DNA of 64,000 nucleotides. Source: Thalia democratica (taxonomy: Eukaryota). How positions within the stretch are numbered: the stretch's first letter is position 1; each line of letters begins with the position of its first letter. The stretch covers positions 28,954,001-29,018,000 of the forward strand of contig OZ241833.1 in assembly GCA_965202585.1 (NCBI GenBank), given 5' to 3'. The translations under genes and the position numbers were made by a program. Shown here one piece after another: positions 1 through 12,849 of the stretch. Below the pieces are notes generated by a model. It was not told the DNA's origin, ran no database searches, and saw only the letters and a program-made list of their open reading frames with translations.

Positions 1-1414
1 TAAAATAAACAAAGTAACTTTTACTTCTAAAAACCTGAAATTCAAAAAATCTATGGCTACCATATCTCTAAGTTGAGTACATTTTGCACACTTCAAAACA
101 GTATTTCTTTTTTCATAAATTTTTTGAATTTATTTGTACAAAACTCATGCAGTATTAAATATTTTTATAATATTCAAACTAACTTAAATGAATATTGAAA
201 ACACTTCAGGTTTTCCATTTTCATTAAAACGTTTGAACTTTTTTTCAAATAGTACAAAGTGTTTTTAAATGTTAATTAAACTAAACTAATTAGGAACTTT
301 GATCAGAAATAAAATATAAATTTAACTGTTTAGTAGCAGATGGTTTTTACTTAACCATTTGCAACTAAGAGTGCTAAAAACTTATCATTTAAAACGAAAG
401 TAGAGTTTTATAGATTATTTTGATATCAAGTCTCTGGATAAATTGTTCTATTGGCTTAAACTATTAGTGTGTATGTATTTATAGATAAGTGTATCAGGGA
501 GTAATGCTGCTTTAAATGGCTTATAGTTAAATTGCTTATTATTGTAATATTAATTTTCTACTTTATAATTTCACAACTTTACCAACATTTGAAGAAAAAA
601 ATATAGAATCAGAGGTCAAGATAAAGAATGTTCATCGAGATAGTTAATATATATGACATATGGTATTTTTATTGCTAATGTTTTTTTTTTTCTCGAGTAG
701 TCTTAAATTTTTTAGTAAAGTTAAATGGAATTTATATTCGATTTTGTTTGTATTCCACTTGAAAAATTTTGAAATTTTAGTAAAACCTTCGTTGACTCCT
801 GCTTGTTTGCTGTTTTTTGCAAAACTTCGGTTATTTTCAACATTTTTTCAATGTCTTAAGATTTTTTTTCATTTTAATTTAAGAATGGAGTTATTGGTAG
901 TTGTTGTTGAATTTCAGGGTGCACGAAAAGTACGTTGGTAGTGTACAATTTTTTTTTTTGAAACTTTGTAAACATTCTGACATTTTTTTCGAAATGACAG
1001 TAGATGGTCCGGATTCCGGGGTTTCTGAAAAAAAGCAAAAAAAGAAAATGTTTTAAGTATATTGGAGAGGAGTTTTAAAAATTACACTAGATATACCGGA
1101 AATTATTTGAAACTTACTTTAGATCAGTGGTCTACACAGTGTGCGTGCATCTGTTGCCCCGACCTTTAAATTTTGCTTAGCTTATTTTTTGTATGTGGAA
1201 AATCTTATAAGTAGACATCATTAAAATAACAGCTTCTTAGCTATAACCCTGCTAGAGCAGAACACTTATAAAAATTATGCTCTATGTTGTAGTTTTGTAA
1301 AATGAAAGAGGAAGGTCTTTTTTATAATTTAGGTTTATTTTGTAGAATTTTATACAACTCTTAGCTACTTTTTACAAACTATTTTCTTACTTATGTTTGT
1401 ATTAGTTTGTACTA

Positions 1415-3051
1415 ATTAGTTTGTATTAACACTTGAAAAAAAAATGTTTTAATTCGTTTGAGAAATCTGCTTAAGTATAAAAAATAAAAGAAATGAATTA
1501 TAGAGGGGATGGTTGGGTATCAAACTCGCTGTTGAGTTTGTGACCAACTTGAAAAACTTAAACATAGTTTGAAGCTTTCCTAGTGATGTTTTCCTTGTAC
1601 CTAAAGTATAATGTCTCGTCAATAGAATTAAAAACTATGCATATGTGTATTTAGAGGTAGTTTAAGTTTCGAATTCTTCTTTTCGCCGCTTTTTGGGTTT
1701 TCAAAATTCTTCAACATCTAAAGTTTCATCGTACATTCAAATTTTTTCAATGAACTTTTTTCAAATCTGTTCTTAGTTTCACGGTCTTTATAACAAAACG
1801 ATTATATAGGGCTAGAAATCAACAAAATATGTTATCAAAAAATTTAGTGCGTTACCTGGTAAAACCAAGACGTGGTAAACATTTTTTGTTTCATATAAAA
1901 ATGCAACTTTTTAAACTTCTTGTATAATTTGAATAAAGTATCCAACGGCTTTTGAGAATCTTATTTCAAGTGGCTCGTTTTTTTATTCAAAAGCTATTCT
2001 GAGAAACAGCTGAAGTAGCCTAATTTAGTTTTTTAATAGATAAGTAACTACTGAAACTTTATTTTTTATACCTAATAATGATATAGCCTTACCAAGCTTT
2101 ATTTAATACCTGTAGATGTAGCAAAATTAATTATTTGTATTGTTGAAACTTTGAAATTAAAAACCATACCAGTTAAAATAACAAATATTATTTTTATTTA
2201 TCAAAAATAAACTTTTCTTTTCACTTTTCATTTTTGGAATAAAAATAGAACTATCTACGCATTTTTTCTGGAAATATAATTATTACTATCGAAATTAAAA
2301 TAATTACCTGTTTTATTAGACAGAATTAAAACAAACGTAATTTTCAAGTTTTTTTTTAAAGAAAGCAAACTCAAAATGCTCACAAAATGTTAATTCTGAA
2401 TATTTGCACAATAAAAAATAAATTTATCAAACTTGTTTAATTTAAATATTTTTAACACTAATAGTATTTAAGTAATCTAGTATTTTTCAGTTTTTTTGAA
2501 TAAAGCATAGTAAGTACAGTTTATATACGGAGAGGTAATATGTAGTTATAAAAAAATTGTTTCAGCAAATATTAAACAAAGTTTAAGCCTTGAATTTTAT
2601 AAACAACACAGATGAGTTATCAATTTAATTCAGAAATAACTTTAAAACCTTATTTGGAGTAGTTAACCTTTAAATATAATAACATCCTTCATATCATTCA
2701 TGAACACTTGAAAATTATAATTCTTTTAAAATTTCTTGAACTTATCAATTTAATACTAAACGAGTTATGTCAAAGTAAAAAAAATATTTTGTACAAAACT
2801 TACACTTCTAACTGTTTAAAATATTTTTTTTTTTATCATTTCTAACTCTTGTGTTCCAACTGTTTTCAATTCAGCACTATTAGCTTCTAATTTCTTTTTC
2901 AACATTTGTACTTTTTGAAACTTACTACTCACAAAAATTTATTCTAAATTTATACTCGGGTAGTTAATATTTAGCTAAACATACTGATGTAATGAACGTA
3001 GAAAAAATAGTCTTCAAAAATCTGCATGATAGCATCAACGACGAAAATCTC
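1415..3051 (+). repeat. Segmental duplication block B' (copy of 20130-21752)
   Basis: Direct, colinear match by eye (roughly 90-95% identity with small indels). Confidence 0.92.
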
Positions 3052-3197
3052 GTGACTGAAGCCCGCGCGATATTTTTACTTCATAACAACAAATGGGAAT
3101 TAGACTTTTTACACTTACCAATTCGTCTGTTTTGTTTTCAAAGAGCTTTTAATGCTGGTTATTTCGCGACAAACAAAATCCAACTAACTTTTATATT

Positions 3198-4299
3198 CTG
3201 CTCTGTATTTAGTATTATATTTTGATAGTACTGCTTTGAAAATACAGAATACTTAAAATTGACAAAACTAAGTTTAATCTAATGTAAAAAAAATATCCCT
3301 ATAATAAATATTAAAATATTTAACAAAAAATGTCTGTTTGTAACAAAAATCATCTATACTTGTTTATAAATAAGATGCCAACACAAAAATCTATAAAAAA
3401 AAATACAACTTGTTTCTTAGAGTTATAAAACAAAGCGAAAAGTAAGTTAAGTTTAGAAGTTAATCATTAAATTTTAACGTATCAAGTATAAATTGCTTAC
3501 TACCCAAATCAAATGTTTTACCACACCAATGTGAGTAAAGCTTATTATTCCCCTTTAGTTCAACTTTTCAAACTTTGATTATTTTTTAGAAGTTTAAATA
3601 AAGTTATATTGATTTTATAAAACTTAAATAACTTCTATCAATATTTCTTTATTCATTTTTACCATACAATAACTTAGTAATTTCTGGACTATCGACAGAC
3701 TTTAGTTGCTAATTGTTATTCTTGTGTAACAGCAATTGTAAAATGCACAAAATTATCTGCACAAGTTTATATTAAGTTAGTATTTATGTACTACGGTAAG
3801 TTGTAAATGATTAGGCACTTGAATTCTGTTCCAGTCGACCTTTAAAGCTGCCATGAATATTAAGACTTCGGGTATGACTAATATCAATTTAAAAGTAACA
3901 AACTGCGGGGAACGAATTCTCTGAACTTAAATTTTCTTTAAGTAAAATAGTACTTTCGTTTTCCCAAAGACATTCCACCTGTAAAGCTTTTTTTATTAAT
4001 TTCTATAAAAAATAACTTAAGTTAAATAAACTTCAAACAAGCTTTAAAACTTCATTACTTGTTTTTCTGGGTGTACATCTCCATTTTGTGTGTAGTCAGA
4101 TCCGAGCTATCGACCTTCTGTTATCATAATTAGTAGTTAGTTCACGTCTAACATTGAAAATACAAAAAAAATCACTTCTTAACTTTTATTCTCATTTAAT
4201 GTTTTGGTTTTAAACAACCTACATTAGTTTGTATTAACACTTGAAAAAAAAATGTTAAAATTCGTTTGGGAAATCTGCTTAAGTATAAAAAAATAAAAG
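3198..4299 (+). repeat. Segmental duplication block A' (copy of 19142-20204)
   Basis: Direct, colinear match from ctgctctgtattt to aagtataaaaaaataaaag. Confidence 0.92.
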
Positions 4300-4300
4300 T

Positions 4301-7300
4301 CCACTGGTTTAAATTGGTAGGCGACTCTTGAGTATATTATCGCCATAATGGTCTATTATTGACTAATCGTGTTTTGTCTATAAATATTATGTCACACCTG
4401 TAGTTATATGATTTCAATTTTTTATATTAAAATTTTTAAATATGGTTTATTGTAAACCCTTCAAGAAGAAAATGTTATTGTGTTTGAACTAAAGATAAAT
4501 TTCTAAAAGCTTTTTGAGCTATTTTACAATTATTTTTCTTGTAAGTTAATACTTTCAAAGTTTTAAAAGTAAATTTTCACAAACACTCTTACAAAATTAT
4601 ACTTACTTTTTGAAAAATGTAGACAGACCTATGTGTTTCTTATTAAAAATTTCAACTAAACCAGTTTTTGTTTAAATTTGTTATCATAGTCACACCTAGC
4701 ATTCAAATCTCATGACTTTAGGAACAATAAAAAAAAGATATGTAGTATCAATGAATTTGTCAATCAATCAAAATCTAATGATATTTTATAAACTATTATT
4801 ATTCAAAACATCCGAACCTTGGCACATGTACACAAAAATTAAAGTATGTAACTAAAACTTTAAAGACTTATGGATAATTAAACGTTTTTTTTTTCGGTTT
4901 TATTTTTTTTAGTTAACTTAAAGTTTGTTAATACTATTGAAAATAAACGTTAAAGCAAAAGTTACAAAATGCTCAGTTAAAAAACAAAAGTGTTTGCTTA
5001 CGAAAATATACGCGGGTAGAACCAGCAAAAATCTAGTCAAAATCTACCAAAAAGTTTATAAAACAAGATTTGGGTATCTATCAAGGAAGTTGATAGACTA
5101 CAGAAAACAAATAGTAGTTCAGCGATTGGGGAACATTTGATTTTAATTTGAAACTCTTCGTAAATTATAACGCGGATAACTATATCAAAATAAACCAAGA
5201 ACTCGTAATGACTTTCATTTATATCAGTATATATCTTAAGCCTAAAACCAGAAGTGTTTAAACAAAATTAATCAGTCTATTCGACCATATTGTTTACTTC
5301 GTTGAACTTAAATTGATTGATTTTATAACTGCGTTACATTTTATCACTACTGTGTTAAAGACTCAGTTTTTTTTAGTTCATGATGTTACAAACCACGAAC
5401 TAAATACTGATGAGCGTGGTTGAAAAGTACTTCTACTTGTGTTTATATTCAGTAAAATATTAATGTATTACTTTTTAAGAACAATGACTTAGTGAAGTAC
5501 AATAAATATAACATTATAAAAATCAATGGTAAAGTTGTTGTTAAAAAATCAATTTAAAAAATCAAATAAAGTTGTTAAAAGCAGCATGATAAAAAATAAA
5601 GTAAAATTTACGAGCTAGTACGAAAAAAAATCTAAAAAATTAAAAACAGTCTACAAACTTTAGACAGTTTAAAGTTGGTCACAAATATTTTGTAAATAAA
5701 ACATTCAGATAAAAAAACAACATTTAAAAAATAAGCTTTTTGTGATAATCTCATTAAATTAATTAATTCTATAATAGAATTTCCAGGATAAAACAAGTAA
5801 AATATGCTTCAAACATAGTTAAGAGGTAGAGTTGACTGCTTAATAGAAATTTAACATTTTCAGCTGATACTATCTAACACTGAGTTAATTTCCTTTAAAT
5901 AGCTTTTATTTCTGCGGCTCTTCAGTCTTTTAAAATACAATGAACAATCCAGATTGGAACATTGAACTTCTGTCAGTCGCGTGCAATTCCTACATACCTT
6001 TAAATTAAAAAATAATAATCATTTCTACCAGTTACTTCACAATCTCTCAATTCCTACCAACTATATGAAAATTTGTAATTATAACCAGTATTTATACTTC
6101 ACAGTCATTTCAAAAAGCATTTTTTGTTAAGTTAAAAACAATAGCTAATAATATTTAATGGTTGAGTAAATTATTCAACCATGAAATCATGAAATTCAAT
6201 CATTTTGTTCAATTCAATCATTCAACAAAAAATGACGAAATTTAAACAATGAACACTCTTTTAAGAGTTTTTTCAGTTTTTTTTTTCAACTTTTTGTAGC
6301 TAATTTTATAATTTTTCATCTGAATCATTTCAATAAAAAACTTGATAATTTATCAACGAACCAGGTTCAACACGTGTTCTTTTCGCTGCAAGCTCCTGAT
6401 TGTGCCGTTCAAACTGCTCACCGCGGCTTGCAAAGACCCGGAGTCGCCCGTGCAAACGTGGCACAGCTTCTTCAGCCTCCCCTTCACCACCCGGTGGCAC
6501 GCCAGGCAGTGCTTGGATTGGAAGAATTGCGATATTGTGGACTGAATGAAGGTTGTTGTTTTAAATAAAGCGCACGCGTGAGGACATGCAAGCTTTCAAG
6601 CACCATTACTTTATATTGTTTATTATAAGATTAAAACAAATGCTTAGATTGATCGAAAACTTATATTATTTATAATTAAATAGTTATAAAAATTTTTAAT
6701 AATTTAACTCTAACAAACCATATACAATTTGCAGTTAATATTATTTTAACTTTTTTTATTTTTAGAATTTCTTAAACACCGCACAAACTAGTATTTAAAT
6801 AGTTATCGTAAAAAAATTTTCCCGCCAACCTTGACCGCCTGGCTCTCGGCGTGGTGGAAGTACGTCATAACTCTGGGGGTTTCCCTGAACCAATCGTAAA
6901 CGTCGCATCCGGGTATCAGCGAAAGCATCCTGTGCAATGCGGGCAGCAGCATCTTTGTGACGTAAAAGCGGCCGTTCAAGCGCAGCGCCGGGTCCTTGAT
7001 GACGTTGCGGGGTTCGCGCACCAGCGTGAAAAGGGGAACCCCGGGCGACCCGCACACCACCACGTACGGGACGTGCTGGCCCGGGTGGTACGAGGACCTG
7101 CTGTCCATTGCTTTTCGTTTTCTGTTTCGGGGAATTTATTTTGTGGTAATTTTGTTTGGTACGTTTTTAGGGTGTTTCGCTTATTTTTGATTATTTTAAT
7201 ATGTTAGTTTTTTCACACGGATCTTATTAATTCTTTTTGGTTGCTTTAAACTGCTAAATTTTATTATTTTATAAATTTGATTTTTAAACCTTTTAAAACG

Positions 7301-10300
7301 TGTAAAAACTAGTTCTAGAACCAAAAAATCCGTGCAAATATAAAAAGTAACTGGAGTCACTTAAAAACCCTAATAAATTCTACACATTTTTTTAAATTTT
7401 TTAAGTAAAAATTGTAAACTAACCTTGCCAGCACAAGACCAGGAACAATGGCTCCGGGTTTGTAATTATTTATTCCCCGGAATTCCTTGGAAATTATGTA
7501 TTTTTCAAAGTTCAAATTTTCTTGTAGGACTTTTGAACACTGACTTTGTACATAAGCTTTGACCTGAAAATATTATTGTTTACATTATATCTTTACTATA
7601 AGCAGTAGTTTTCAGTTTTACTTTCAGTTTACTTAAAGCAGGATACTTTAAGAGTTTCATGTTTTTTTAGGTCTATAGGTTGCTGTTTTAAAAGTGCTAT
7701 TATTCTATTTTAATTTAAAAGTTTTAAATATTTTTTTTCACCAGCATTAGCTCATAGTTCCTATTCTAACTCTTATACTGGGAACTGCGAACAAAGCAAT
7801 TGGTCTTAATACAAAGTCAACTTCAGTTTGAACATAGTATTAGAAAATTTAATTAGATGCAAACGACAACTCTCAACAAAGTATTTTCATTCAAGACAAG
7901 CCGATTACAACCGAAGCTAATGAACATTTTTTTCATCAACCAACACAACAACCACCGCACCTCGCCCATGGCCTCCTTGTCGAAGATGAGGCGGAGGACG
8001 CCCTCCAGCGTCTCGCTGACGATCAGGCACCCGTCCCGCCTCACCGTCTCGATCCCCTTCGCGTCGAAGGTGGGCTGCGACTGGTCACGTGACTCGTACG
8101 CGTACCCCGCGTACCTCTTCTTCGTCTGCAGTATGCACGGGCTGTAGATCTGAAAACGCTTTGTTTTTAAGGTTAACATTAGCAGATGAATTTTATTAAA
8201 AGAATTTTGGTAAAGTTGTTCGAAGCTTGAAACTTTTGTTACCAAAAATAACATATCGTTCAGTTGACGTAAGTATTCAATTTTTTTTACTTTTCGATGA
8301 TATATGAAAAAGTATATTTATTTACTTTGCATCACAGTGTATAAAGGTTTGAAAAACTAAACTTAAACTTCAACACTTTGAAAAGTTTTAAATTTCATTT
8401 AGATCACCTTAATCCTCAATTATATCCAAAAGTATATTTTTTAAAGGTTACATCAGTACATAAACTGTTTTTAAAATGGCAAAAACTAATGTACAAAACT
8501 GTTTACTTTTGCAAGTTTGTGCTTATAACTAACTAATTTATTAACTAGTTGTGTGTCATTTTTAGTAGTGGTTGCATCAATTAAAGCTTTTACCGTAATA
8601 AAAAACAAAAAATATTGTTATTCGTTCTTAAATCTTTTTTAAACTTATTTGCCAAGCATTTATACTGTATAAAGACACAACAAAACTTGATAAGTTTTGT
8701 TTTTATTAAAAAGACTATTTTTAAAACTTTATTCATTTATTGTTTTTCTATATAGTATATTTTAACAAGTAAAAAATTAAATTGATAGTTTAAGTGAATA
8801 GATAAAAATAGGTTTACATTAAATTTTATTTATAATAGAAATTATTTTTAAATGTCTCAAGAAGTCGGAATTTAAAATACTACAAAACAGTACTGAAATT
8901 TTAAACAATAAAAATGGTGTTGTAGCTAAAAGCCTAAGTAAGTTATTAAATAATTTTGATTTTTTTTTTAAATATTTTATAATAATAAAGAAAACTTTTA
9001 AATAACTTTATATTCTATATTAAAAAAACAGCTAAAACTTTTATTTAATAATAATTCTTCTAGCATATAACGAGCTAACTGGTGTAAAAGCCCCAACAAA
9101 CGAAAAGGACTTACAAGTTTCAAGTAGTTAGTTAATAACTTTGATATTTTATTAATAAGGTCAATCAGTAAAGATTATTTTGAAACTGATATTATAAAAT
9201 AAATACACTAATCGCTAAGGAAACAGTTAAATATATTTTTAGATAAAAAATGTAAGATTTAAATTCTAATTATTAAAAAAAAAGGTTAATAAGTATAAAA
9301 AGTTTTAAAAACAAATAGTTATTGTTATGTTTTACTTTGATACTAAAAAAAAAGATTGAAAGTAAACTAGTGTATATAACATGTTTTAAACAATAAAGTA
9401 GTCTGTAAAATAAACCAAAATTAGTTTCTATAAAAGCTGATTGAATAAAAAGTGATATAATTAATAAAAACAAAACATGAAAAATCTTACAAATTAAGAG
9501 TCAGTACAATATTTCTTTAATTTAACACACAGATATTTTTTACTTATTAAAAAACTCTAGGAAAGTCAATTGCAAAGCCACAGAAGATTTCATACGCCCA
9601 AACCGAAAGAAAAATTCAAAATACAAAAGAAGACATTAAAAGTTCTTCAAACAGACTCCCACTAAATGCTGACAATTCCACATATTTAAATTCTCAAACA
9701 CAAAACTCGCCAGGTCCCAGCGTCGCCAAAGATACTGACTCAAGGGACGTTTCTACCGACGAGATGAAACCACAGGGATTGTCACCCACCCTGAGCAACG
9801 ACGCTGAGTTCCTGCTGGCTCGTTTCTTTCTCGAAAACACCGACCCAACCCACGCCGACGTCAAGCTCCTGTCCGAAGCGACCGGGACGAGCGAAACGTC
9901 GCTGAGGAGCTGGTTGCGCGAACAAGAGCTGAAGAGGAGCGGCAACTGCGCACTGAGCGCAAACCAGGTCCCGTTGGCCGTTTTGCGCTTCAACTCGAAC
10001 CCGAAACCGACGCTGGCCGAGTACGAGGCTTTGAGCGGCGAGCTGGGAGCGGAAAGGCTGGCGGTCTTTCGGTTTTTCAGGAACAGAAGAAACAACCTCG
10101 GGGTGAGCAGCTCGCACAGGTACTCGTTTGAATGCAGCGGAAAGGAAAGAGAAAAGTTGGAAGAGCCTTATGGAAAGTGCTGCGACGGCAAAAGGCTGTC
10201 AGTTGAAAAACTGATAGAGGTGGCAAAGGAGATCGGTGTTGACGAGCTAAAAGTAGAAAATTATTTTTGCAACAAAATGGTGAACTTTCGTAAAGAAAAA

Positions 10301-10719
10301 AGGCTGCAAAGTAATAGCGGAACAAAGACAGCAAATAAGTACCAAGGTCTTCCAAACACTGCACTTAATTCAAATGTTCAAAGTTTGTTGGGCAATGAAC
10401 CTTCGACTTTAGTAATTACTAGCGCACCCAATCAAATACTTCAAAATCAACCAATTATAAACATTGGACCAAATTACGCTTTAAATCCTTACAACACACA
10501 CGTAACAAATCAAATTTACAGTAACTGGATTGCTAATAACTACTATCATCAAAATTTAAAAAAATATTTTAACTTTTTGAATCAATTGAACCGAGCATCA
10601 TTATACAGTCTGCTGTCTCGAGACAGGTCAAATTCAAACGGCCAGTACTTGCGAAACGTGAGAAATTACCAACAACTCGGTGAAAGTGCCGGTAACAGCC
10701 AAGTGAAAAACAACCGAGC
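4301..10719 (+). repeat. Segmental duplication block C' (copy of 23479-30598; REV3L 3' exons plus homeobox gene)
   Basis: Direct, colinear match, with copy-specific indels in the introns. Confidence 0.95.
5860..8149 (-). pseudogene. REV3L: Partial duplicate of REV3L: last five exons only (thumb plus CysA/CysB C-terminal domain), no catalytic motifs
   Basis: Exons 7961-8149, 7424-7563, 6830-7121, 6362-6541 and 5860-5997 have the same lengths (189/140/292/180/138) as the last five exons of the full gene, with intact GT-AG sites and no stops or frameshifts. The upstream exon carrying YGDTDS is not in the duplicated block. Confidence 0.85.
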
Positions 10720-10759
10720 AGCACACCACTGTTGTAATTTTTCTTCAAAGCTTAGTTAA
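8852..10759 (+). CDS. Second copy of the triple-homeodomain gene (main exon 9561-10759 open; new 16-aa C-terminus; exon 1 has a ~100-bp deletion)
   Basis: Paralog of 28614-30598. Exon 9064-9123 and acceptor TAG|9561 are conserved and the main exon is open from 9561. Homology ends at 10719, then the frame reads into unrelated sequence (..NNRAAHHCCNFSSKLS*). Confidence 0.65.
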
Positions 10760-10954
10760 AAAAGAAGATAATATTTAGTGGCTCACGTAAACTACAGTGT
10801 ATTTTTTTTTTCCGACGGATAAAATGGTAGGACCTCCCTGACCAACGCAAAATTATATTAACAAACTTATCAAAACAGTGCTAACTAACTATTAATTTTG
10901 ATAAAAATATGAAAAAGTTTTAATCAATATTGTTTGTTAATTTTAATTCTCTTT

Positions 10955-12849
10955 AACCTCTTTATTGTCAGTTTCTGAATATTAGCTTTACGAAATCATA
11001 TTACGCTAAAATACAAATTTTATAAGCTTTGTCTAAATACTTGTTTGTCTATTTTCATTTACAAATATTGAGTCATTCTTTACTAATTTACTTAATAAAA
11101 TTTAACGGCAAGAAAAACTTAAAGGCATTTTATTTACTTAATTAAATTATTTTAAAGTACAGTGTATTACTTTACGAACTTAACCAATAACTTATAATAC
11201 TTTAGAAAATTTTATCAAAGTTTAAAACTTACAGTAATAAAATATTTCTATTGAGGCAAGATTTAACAACTAAACAAAATGTATTGTTTTCTCTCCTGAT
11301 ATATAGACTATGTACAGTAAATATATTTACATTTTATTTCAAACTATTATCAATCAGTAACTACACTACAACAAAAATTTATAAATTGTTTTTGTGTTTT
11401 TTAAATTTGCTAGAAATGTTGGTTTAAATGAGGTAATAAGTGTAAGTTTGGTTTATTGTTAAAGCAGTTTATAAAAAGATCATTTTATGTAAAAAAGAAA
11501 TATAAGTATGTTGACTTTCATAGAAATCTAAGTCATTTTAACAAAGTGTTTCTCATCTTTAGTACAATAGCTGATTAATAAAATTAAAGTACTGTTTACT
11601 TTATTATTTCAAAAAAAGGTGGGAGGTTGTTTAGTATAGTCTTGACATAACTGTTTAGTATAACTTTTTTTTTTAATTAAAAAATAAAATATTTCCCGAA
11701 CATTATAACAGTACTAATAAGCATTTCAACAAACTTCCTCTTAATTTCAGCACAGCCTTAAATAGATAAATTAAAAACTAACCGATGCTTTAAAACAAAT
11801 GTTTCTTTCGTAACTAAACATTTTCTATTGAATAATTTTAAAAATCATTTGAAACTTGAAAAACAAGAGTTCAAAAGTACTATAAACTTATTTTACGTTT
11901 CTTAGACTTTTGCTAAAAACTTATGTTAAGATACTTGTGTTGTTTGTATTTAAAGTAAACTACTACTTTTTAAACTAGGGGTAAGACGTGGCCCACGGAG
12001 GTAATTAATTAAAGTTTAATTGTAAATTAAAGTTTAAGCTTGTTTGTGATATATCGCTTACGATTTTTATAAACAACAGAAAATTTTACTCTGCAACTTT
12101 GTTCTTTTACTTGTTGTCTATTTACAATAAATGCTAATAAGAAAATGCTAGAAACTTAAAACAATAATACTTTATGTAAAATAAAAATTCAACTTATGTA
12201 TAAGCTATCGTTATTCTATAAGTTTTTACTTATAACAGAATAAACTTATTTTTTGTCTTTATTAATGTAGCTCCTCTACTTATTATCCCCTCTTGTTGTA
12301 ACTCTTGTAAATAGTCAAAAACGAAACTTTTTTTTTTGACCCAAACTAATAAAAAAAGTTTTAATTATTTTTTATATAATTTAAACCAGCCATTCTTAAC
12401 TAGGGGTAAACTTACCCCTGAGGGTTAATTCACTTGTTTTAAGTGGTAAATTTTATTTAATACGAGGTATGAAAATTAATTCTAATTAGTTGTTTTTTAA
12501 CTTAGAAGTTAGTATCAAACTGTATATTTTTTAAGTTAAATAAAGTCTTTACGTTTTACGATTTTTTATATATAATAAGCTTAAAGTTCAAAAAATCAAT
12601 TCTCAAAATTAAACACTATTTTGTATATTTGGGGTAGATTTGGTAGTCACCATCCAAAAAAGCTAAATTTGTTAATAACCTTCCTAAAAGGAGTAGAAAA
12701 TTAATAAAAGGTTGAGAACCGCTGTTTTAAACAATTTTATTTTTTGATAAGCTAATAAAATGCATTAATTTTTCTTTAAGATAAATTAAAAAATTTAAAA
12801 CGATGCTGCTCTGTATTCAGTATTATATTTTGATAGTACTACTTTGAAA
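10955..12849 (+). repeat. Segmental duplication block X' (copy of 17280-19185)
   Basis: Direct, colinear match from aacctctttattgtcag to gatagtact..tttgaaa. Confidence 0.93.
12387..12724. mobile_element. hAT (Charlie/Buster-like) MITE, copy inside block X'
   Basis: Termini CAGCCATTCTTAAC.. / ..GTTGAGAACCGCTG; 8-bp TSD atttaaac/ttttaaac with central TA. Confidence 0.7.

Noticed and set aside
660-5140. Short AT-rich ORFs (660-941, 4925-5140; likewise 9273-9473, 15647-15835, 20545-20727, 28373-28558, 39432-39692, 61621-61815)
   Set aside because: F/L/I/K-rich compositions expected by chance in very AT-rich DNA; no motifs.
6342-8147. Plus-strand and alternative-frame ORFs 6342-6568, 6795-7055, 6851-7207, 6996-7190 and 7857-8147 (and counterparts at 25427-26377)
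   Set aside because: They are shadow frames of GC-rich REV3L exons, where stops are scarce; they show no independent signal.
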